DNA of 64,000 bases from Octopus sinensis (taxonomy: Eukaryota): NCBI RefSeq assembly GCF_006345805.1, contig NC_043019.1, forward strand, positions 7,191,360-7,255,359, read 5' to 3'. Of this stretch, positions 55,126 to 64,000 are shown piece by piece. Numbering within the stretch: the first letter of the stretch is position 1; every line of letters begins with the position of its first letter. The position numbers were made by a program, and so were the translations under genes. The notes under the pieces were generated by a model, which searched no databases, was not told the DNA's origin, and saw nothing but the letters and a program-made list of their open reading frames with translations.

Positions 55126-55543
55126 CCTGATGCAGTACCAGGCAGTGGCTCTCATGGCTTCTGATCTTAACTGATTGAAAGTGTAATTATGTACATTGTT
55201 TTGTCTTGGTATAAAAGATGGGTTACAGCAAATATTCTGCTCAATACCACAGATTTGCTTGTCAGTTGTTTGACCTTAACCAGTTGAGCATGTCCCTTAG
55301 GGGCTGACGATATATGCATCTCTGACCATGAGCAGGAATACTGGGGGATCATCGTAGCCATGTGTTTAGAGGGTTTCTTTGGGGTTTGAATAATTCACCT
55401 CTGGAAACATAGGTGTTTCGTTCAACATCCTTAATCAACCCTTATTCATGGACCTTTTGAGCGGGATGGGCTCCTCGACCAGAAGAAAATTCTAAGTAAG
55501 CCCCACCTGCAAGGTCATGCGCTATTTATCTTGATATGAGATC
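55126..55543 (-). mobile_element. About 420-bp interspersed repeat (recalled as an abundant octopus retroelement-derived sequence)
   Basis: Abrupt boundaries between SINE pieces; family identity from recall only. Confidence 0.35.
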
Positions 55544-55715
55544 AGTGAAAAACTAGGGTCGATTTATATGACTTAACAACTCCCCCTACCAAAATTTCAG
55601 GCCTTGTGCCTATAGTAGAAAGGATTATTATTAGTAGTAGCAGTAGTACTAGTATTATTGTTTTTGCTGTTGTTGTTATTCTTGATGTTGTGGTTGTTCT
55701 TGTTGTTATCCTTGT

Positions 55716-55900
55716 TGAAGCTGGCAGAATTGTTAGCACGCTGGACGAAGTACAAGACGGTATTTCGCCGGTCGCTACGTCCTCAGTTCGAATTCCACCG
55801 AGTTTCGAATTTGCCTTCTATTCTTTCGGGGGTCAATGTAATCGACTCGTCCCCTGCCACAAAACTTTAGGCCTTGCGCCTTTAGCAGGAATGATTCTTA
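55716..55900 (+). mobile_element. SINE family A
   Basis: GAAGCTGGCAGAATTGTTAGCACG head; AAAACTTTAGGCCTTGCGCC tail. Confidence 0.8.
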
Positions 55901-56022
55901 TTGTTGTTTTCGTTGCAGTTGTTGTTGTTGTTGTTGTTATTTTTTATTCTTGGTATTATTATTACTTTTGAGGATATTACTTTATTTCCATTAGTGTATT
56001 GCTATTGCTGCTGCTGCTGCTA

Positions 56023-56073
<51 letters not shown>

Positions 56074-56330
56074 GTAGCGGCCTCAAGGGCGCTAGACGTT
56101 GGAGAATGTACAAAGATGTAATATGAAAGGAATGCACAAAACAAGATAACCGTTGAGGGATTTACAGTGAATAAAATGTGAGATCACTGAGATCAATAAA
56201 AACATATTAATACATGCTATATATGTGTATGTGTGTGTTTTTCTGTGTGTGTATGTGGGCGTGTAGTGTATGTATATATATCTATATATGTCTCCCTCTA
56301 TATTATTATATTATATATATATGTATGTAT

Positions 56331-56416
<86 letters not shown>

Positions 56417-56539
56417 CTATATATATATTATATATATATATAATATAATATATATATACATATATATATATATTGCGAGATGTTCCACAACAAATCACTG
56501 CAAGAAAGAATCGGCGAACGGAATTGAAGAAATACACTT

Positions 56540-57100
56540 ATATGAGGATTTGCGGCCGTCACAAACCGATATTACTCTGCAGTGCCAAAATCAAGAGAAT
56601 TCCTTCAGTTGTTTTTATCAGTGTTCAGTCACATGTTCCGTTTGCACTACCGTCCTTCACTGGACAGCATTGACATGAACCCCGACATGTGTCCGTGGAG
56701 TTCTCAGTCATTTCCACGTCCACTTCCCGAACAGGTTGCTCCGTTGCTCGGATCAACTGCAACCCTCATCGTCGTAACCGACGAAATGTCACTTTCATAT
56801 GTTGCTGAAAGAATTAAAACGAATTTGCTGCATGAGCGGAAAAGTCTCTTGTGATACCTTTCCAAGATGCTCACCACAGAATGTTGGTGACCAATAGCTA
56901 ATAGACGAGATTGACTACTTTACCAAAAATAGTCCGTTGGAGACTGTTGACTAAAGACGTGCTTGAAATACCAGGTCGTCCCACATATAACCACACATAT
57001 AACCACACAGTAATCGACAGACTCTGGAGGATTTCTTTTCTTCGTGGATTCAATGTCCATCGCAAATACCGACAATTTCCGATGCTGGTACTTCTAACAG
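56540..57100 (-). mobile_element. piggyBac-like transposase C-terminal relic
   Basis: Minus-strand PPESVDY (cf. KKPE.I.DYN), GK..KRLF (cf. GK..RRLFL) and RGSCQCCPVKD (cf. Cys-rich tail RCQ.CP..KD); many stops. Confidence 0.5.
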
Positions 57101-57129
57101 GATTAAGTGTGTGTGTAGCTTATCCCAAA

Positions 57130-57615
57130 CACACAAATCTATCATCCATTTATACTCATCAACTTAATGGCTAGACGAATGTTGAGGTGGTTTGGCCACA
57201 TGGAGAGGATGGATGACGAGCGGATTGAAAGGAGGGTGATGAAGGCTGAAGTGGTAGAAAGCAGAACCAGAGGCAAACTTTGGTTTGTGCGGATGGATGG
57301 AGTGAGGAAAGCTTTGGTGGTTAGAGGTGAGAGAGGTAAAAAGAGTTTATAAATGATCGAAACGTTTGGAGAGTGTTTGTAGACGGATGAGTGAATTGGA
57401 TGTTGCTGAGAGGGGTACGGAACCAGCATGATGCGGCGGGGGTAAACCAGCATACGCTGCCGGGCCCTGCTGCTGATATTGGGGGTTGCTTTCTATGCCT
57501 TGACCTGAGCATAGGACTGGGTTCGCCTCTTTGAGCTGGGAAATGAATGGAATGTCTGGTGTGTGTCTTGCTGTGGCTACCCGCTCCTAAAGAAAATGGA
57601 GAATAGGCATGCGTG
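57130..57615 (+). mobile_element. RTE-clade LINE 3' end (RT C-terminus plus 3' UTR)
   Basis: RRMLRWFGHMERMDDERIERRVMKAEV...RTRG...DGVRKAL, then DRNVWRVFV; LRWFGH.ERM and DR..WR are RTE C-terminal motifs; ends in (GTAT)n. Confidence 0.85.
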
Positions 57616-58434
57616 TATGTATGTATGTAGTTAATCTCTGATCTTAATCTCCAGAAGAAACCAATCAGCAAGACACTGATAGTGTTGGATAACAGCCATT
57701 CGTTGCAATACGTTCCAGTAACCTAGCAGGTCGACAAAATAAATCGAGAGAATAAGTAGCTAGAATACACGAGTAAGTATTGGGAATCGATACATCAAAA
57801 ACGGTGCTCTAATATGGCCACTGCTCAGGATTGAAAGAAAACGATGTATATGCATGTATTTTCTTTTACTTCTGGCTCAAAACTGTGGCCATGATGGGGC
57901 ACCACCGTTTCCAACACTGTTATTATTGAGAGCCGTCTTTAATATGTAGCATTTGGTGAAGACGGGAGTTTGATGTCGCTACTCTCATTTGCAGCTCTTG
58001 CCACGACGTAGGTTCATCTGCGACTCAAACCATGAAAACGTACAGTTTTGATTTGAAAACACCTACACCCACTTTGTGTAGGCTCTTCAGGCTCTTTCAG
58101 AGAATAATAAAAAGCTGTGGTATGTGCGTGTGGCTACGTGAGTGCATGTCTGTGTGTGCGTGTATATATAAATATATATATATATTTTAATATATATACA
58201 TGTAGATATAGATATAATATAATATATGTTATATTATGTTATATTATATTATACATGAATGCATTGCGATTACTGCTAACCTCGTGGCAGTAATAAAACT
58301 ACAGCAGCATCGTTAAGAAGAACAATATGGATGGCATGCAGCGTTGTTGTTGGTGTTATAGATTGAAGATTACAGAGTGGAGGTCACGATGGAACCTAAA
58401 TATCGGTAACAGATATTTTAAAAGATTTGCAGAC

Positions 58435-58680
<246 letters not shown>

Positions 58681-58984
58681 ATATAATTCTTAAGTGTGTA
58701 AGAATTTTAGGTCGATGTAAGGAGCTATGGCATCGTATAGCGCTGCAGAAATTTAATAGAATTAATACCATCGCTGCCACTACTACCACCACCACTACTA
58801 CTACTACCACCTCCACCACAGCAGCACTAGTAATTATACCACCACTACCACTGCTACTACATCACTTTCTACTACTACTACTGCTACTACATCAATTTCT
58901 ACTACTACTACTAGTACTGCTGCAACTACTACTACTAATACTAATACTACTGCTGCTGCTGCTATTAATACAAGTAATGATACT

Positions 58985-59165
58985 AATAACCCTTTCTAGT
59001 ATAGGCAAAAGGCCTGAAATTTGGGGCAACATAGGACTAGATTAAATCGACGCCCCTGTTTCACCGGTACTTAATTTATCGACCCTGAAAAGATGACAGA
59101 GAATGTCGACCTCAGCGAAATATCGCTGAGCATTTCGTTCGGTGCGCTAACAATTACGCCAGCGT
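58985..59165 (-). mobile_element. SINE family A with tail abutting a (CTA)n/(CTG)n array
   Basis: CTTTCTAGTATAGGCAAAAGGCCTGAAATTTGGGG...GGTACTTAATTTATCGACCCTGAAA. Confidence 0.85.
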
Positions 59166-59173
59166 ACTGCTTT

Positions 59174-59263
<90 letters not shown>

Positions 59264-59775
59264 TTGATTTATTACAATGTTGTTGCTGTCTTGCTAGCAG
59301 TGTTCTGGCAAGTTGGCTGCCTCATCCTTGTTTATAGTTTATGTTTATGATAAATAAACACACAAACACACAAACACATACAGATATACAAACAGACATA
59401 TATATATACACACACACACACACATACGGACATAAAAACAGGCATATATATATATGTGCGTGTGAGTGTGTGTATGTGTGTGTGTGTGTGTTTATTTGTA
59501 TACATACATATAAATATTATGTACTTACGTATATATTGCTTTCCGTGTACATTTACATACATAGACTCACCAGTACACACATACACACACATGCAAACGC
59601 ACGCACATGTATCCACATTTTGAAGAGATGTACACAACTCAAATTAAGAAAAGCCAGTGAAATAAGTTCTTGTTGTACAATAAATTTAATTTGTGTCTGT
59701 ATCTGACATGACATATAAACACTTAAAGACTGAAATCAGACACGCACTCATATATATGTATATATATATATATAT

Positions 59776-59836
<61 letters not shown>

Positions 59837-60094
59837 AAACATATATTTCTTGAAAAGTACATATATTATATAATATATATATATATATACACATAGTTTT
59901 ATATATACCTATATATATCTCCTTGTTCTCTCCTTATTTTTTCTGTTTCCCTTTCTGTAGAAGATCGTAAAAGACTTTTTTCTATTTCTGAGCGTTATAC
60001 TAATATATCTGTTTGTTTTCTACACCACCTGTCTTCGTCTTTTGTTTTTTTCGTAAACTCTCCCTATATATATATAAAGATACATTCATGTATG

Positions 60095-60136
<42 letters not shown>

Positions 60137-60159
60137 GTGTGTGTGTGTGTGTGTGTGTA

Positions 60160-60203
<44 letters not shown>

Positions 60204-60344
60204 CACACATCTATATACATATATACATACACACCCGCATACATATATGAAAAATAAAACAGGTAAACTGATTCGCTCTTATTGTAGTTGAGAACCCTTG
60301 CGAGGTGCTCTCCACGTGCTTCTAGATGTTGCTAAAACATAAAA

Positions 60345-60672
60345 AAAAAACCTTTCAGTTTTGAATGACTATGGGATTGCACCTAGAAAGTTTCCCGCCA
60401 AGGCACAATTCCGGGCAAAGTTGTTTATGGAAGACCAGCGTCGCCCATGCATACCAGCTTCCTTTCTCCGCGCCACTGATGTCATGCAAGGTAAAGGCAA
60501 AGGGGTCGATACAGTTCGGCACCAGTGACCTCGCAACTCATTTCTATAGATGAGTAAACTTGAGAAGCACGAAATGAAGTGTCTTGCTCAAGAAGAGCAG
60601 AACACTTCGCAGTCCCGGAAAGGAACTGAGTACGTCATGTTTGTGAGTTCGATCCTCTAAACACTGAATCGT
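60345..60672 (-). mobile_element. SINE family C, near full length
   Basis: GTGTCTTGCTCAAG core in reverse; body TGGCACCAGTGACCTCGCAAC; 3' region ATGGGATTGCACCTAGAAAG. Confidence 0.75.
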
Positions 60673-61404
60673 GCACCATATTGGGACAATGATGGAATGG
60701 AGTGTTCCCTGAAGATTCGCGTTGGTTGAGCATCGATATGTGCTTGCGATATCCTTCGGAATGTTCCAAACAACCAAAAGGGTGAAATGCGCTTGGGAAC
60801 TTAGAAACCAGTATTTATCTATAATTTGCTCTGTTGATTATAACTGGTAGCATTATTCCATTGAGTAGTTTATTAATAAATATACAGAAAGCAAGTATCC
60901 TTGCAAATATCAATGTGAAGCTGTAAATATAATGGCAGCAGTGGTACACCTGCCTTATTATTATCATTATTATTATTATTATTACCAAAACTATTTTCTA
61001 CATGTGTCATTACTGGAGCATTCATAATATTATCAACAGCAAAGATATGAAAACCATTGCTGTCTTGCTACCATCAAGCGAACTCGAACTAAGATATATT
61101 GCTCCATTATCTAAGCGACCGTTCTAACGATTCCGCAATTGCAAAGTCGCGTAAGACGGAAGGCGATTGGATAATTATATATCCGATAATATATCTTGGA
61201 ATACTTGCAGAGTTTGTTTTCCGTTTCGTACATATTTTTTTCTTTTTTTAGTATGATGAGCGTCGAAACAACAAAAAATAAGATTATAAACAAGGGAAAG
61301 AAATCTATAAACATAATGATGTATCGTTATTGTGATGGCCATTATAAAGTGGGTTATCAAGTATATAGTTATACATATCGGTACACACTCACACACACAC
61401 ACAT

Positions 61405-61438
<34 letters not shown>

Positions 61439-61804
61439 CAATGAATATCCGCTGAATATAAATGAATACAAGCTTATATATTATCAAGTACGTTCATATA
61501 TGTATATATGTTCAAACATATATACATATATATCTACACACACACACACACATGTATACATATTTGTATAGCTGTGTGTAACTATATATATTTGAGTATG
61601 TATATAAGATATGGATATGTATATTCATACATGATCGCTAGTATATATATATATATATATATGTATGTATACATATATACACGAATACATATCGATTCTA
61701 GACAATTGTGCCATAAATGCGTATCAAGTAATCTTAATGTTTTTTAAACTACATTATATCCAGACTATATACACATATTTTAAATGATGATTATATTACC
61801 GAAA

Positions 61805-61827
61805 CTCCAATATATATATATATATAT

Positions 61828-61859
<32 letters not shown>

Positions 61860-61889
61860 ATATAATATATATATCTATATATATATATT

Positions 61890-61933
<44 letters not shown>

Positions 61934-61999
61934 ATATTATAATATATATATATATATTTGTATATATATATATATGTATATTCATATATGTATATATGT

Positions 62000-62040
<41 letters not shown>

Positions 62041-62310
62041 TGTATATATGTATATATATATATATATGTATATATATATGTATATATTTATATATATATG
62101 TACATTGTATATATATATATATATAATATATATATATATATGTGTATATGATATATATATGTGTGTGTGTGTACGTATGTGTGTGCATATATATATTTAT
62201 ATATGTATATATATATATATATATAATATATATATATATATAATATATATATATATATATGTATAAGTATATATATATATGTATGTATATATATATGTAT
62301 GTATATATGT
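61805..62310. repeat. (TA)n/(TATG)n microsatellite field
   Basis: Directly visible. Confidence 0.97.
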
Positions 62311-62931
62311 ACTTACATATTGATATTTATGAAATATACTGTGTAAGAGAGGGAGAGAGAGAGGGATTAAGAAAGAGAGAGAGGGGTCAAGTGCTAATAT
62401 TAGTTGTTTACCATTATTTAAATGTAAAGAGTAAAAACCAAAATTACGCACAAAGCGCCCAGCTTCCGATCTTCCGTTAGTAGATAAATTCTAGGTTTAT
62501 GAAATGTAAATTCGTTCTGTCATCCTTCACTTAATTCATTGTTGTGTCTTCCTTTTATTATCTGTCTTAAGAGATAACCTTTACAGTTCGGTGTGCAGGT
62601 CAGGTGGTGTGAATGGAAATGTTTTTGTTAAGATTCTATGCCCAGCAAAAATCTTGCATTCTTTGAGATCTTTCGGAAGAAAAAAAATACAAGGGTTAAT
62701 ATTTTGGTAAATGAAGCGAAAATTTTATATATGCGATGGTTTTACATTCTCTTCTTCTTGCTTCATCTCTTTGCCTATTTCTCTTACTCTGTCTCTATCT
62801 CTCTATCTCTCACTAACACACCCAACCCACCCCGCACATGCGCACATATATATATACGTACACACAACCCCACACAACATACACAAGCATTAAAACCTAG
62901 AATAAATGTCACTGTGTATGTAACTATGTAT

Positions 62932-62966
<35 letters not shown>

Positions 62967-63599
62967 AACAAAAATTAATAGTTCACATTTCTAAATACGA
63001 ATATATTTTGCGCATGAATCGCCATGTCCCTACCTTTGTCTTTCTCTTCGTCTCAGGTAAATATATATCATTATCTTTTTCAATAGAGTACGTTTAAGTA
63101 ATTCAATGTTTTTATTTATATTTCATGCCTCATCTGGCTCTCTTTCTCAGAATATTCTGGGTTTATAATGATTCTAATATAACGTTAGATTGGGGCAAAT
63201 ATGATCTCTGTTATATAAACGACATAACTAATATGGCACCCTTTTAGACACCCGTAACTTGACTAACCTGCGTGCGCAGCATTTTGTGGTGTCTCCTCTA
63301 TACCAAGCATTCGTAACCATCCTGATATGAGGACAGAAGCTCATTTTATATGTTGTACTGTCAATTCTGTAATACCTGTACAAAAGTATTGTCCACTTTC
63401 GTTTCATACATTCATTAATATATACCATATAAAATATTTTAATAATTGCTAAACTTATTCTTAAAGAATAAAACTTGACGACTGCACCGAAAAGAAACAT
63501 TAAATAAATTTTCCTCCAAGATATATTTCAAAGAAGGAAAATATGCTTTTTATGAGAAAAGTAGAACGGCTTTTTATGAGAAAAGTAGTTTACTTTAAA

Positions 63600-63997
63600 A
63601 AAGCAGAAATAAAAATGACTGCACATAGCTTTAAATATATAAGAACTGTACATTTCTGCACATAGCTTTCCAGAATGTTTCTATTAAAGACAGTATGTAG
63701 ACGTCAGGATATTTTTCGCAATAGAGAATATTTGCTTTGGAATTGCTGCATCCAACCAAGAGAATTGCTTTGAAATGTTCCTCTGACATCCTCGTTCGAT
63801 GTGCTGACGTCGCATTCTTCATTATTGAAAATGTTTGCTCAGAGACATAAGTTGTTCCGAACACTGATGCCATACAAGAGGTCAATGAATTCTCATTGCA
63901 GGTACTTACACAAAAGGTACAGTTCGGCGACGGCGAGCCGGATGAGCTGATCTCGCGGACAGGATCCGGCCCGCGGTACATAGTGTGGTCACCACTG
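63600..63997 (-). mobile_element. Internally deleted hAT (Charlie/SPIN-like) transposon
   Basis: MASVFGTTYVSEQTFSIMKNATSAHRTRMSEEHFKAIL is a hAT dimerisation domain; terminus-like CAGTGGTGACCA...CCGCGGGCCGGATCC lies about 100 bp upstream on the minus strand. Confidence 0.85.
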
Positions 63998-64000
63998 TGC

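Noticed and set aside
61253-61275. Minimal hammerhead ATGATGAG-CGT-CGAAAC
   Set aside because: C3 is missing and neither stem I nor stem III can form

Overview
AT-rich, repeat-saturated eukaryotic DNA, intronic or intergenic. It is most likely from an octopus; this is inferred from the SINE families, the transposon relics and the extreme microsatellite load. No protein-coding gene could be identified. Nearly all ORFs in the supplied track are translations of (TA)n, (TG)n, (TACA)n, (TAT)n or (CT)n arrays. Most recognisable sequence is three tRNA-derived SINE families (called A, B and C here; they resemble the octopus OK/OR SINEs as recalled) and decayed transposons: Penelope-like, RTE, R4/Dong-like, Tx1/L1-like, a DD37D maT Tc1/mariner, piggyBac, hAT and possibly Academ. 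The best finding is a type I hammerhead ribozyme with a fully canonical core on the minus strand at 53598-53691 (GUC cleavage site, palindromic stem III, unusually long stem II). A second hammerhead-like motif lies inside a partial tandem duplication at 5369-6018, and decayed ones occur at about 3.6 kb and 34 kb. Other points of interest are head-less SINE multimers (one flanked by a single TSD), an unidentified 1.5-kb decayed coding-like segment, and several speculative exon candidates. All family names come from recalled motifs, not database searches.
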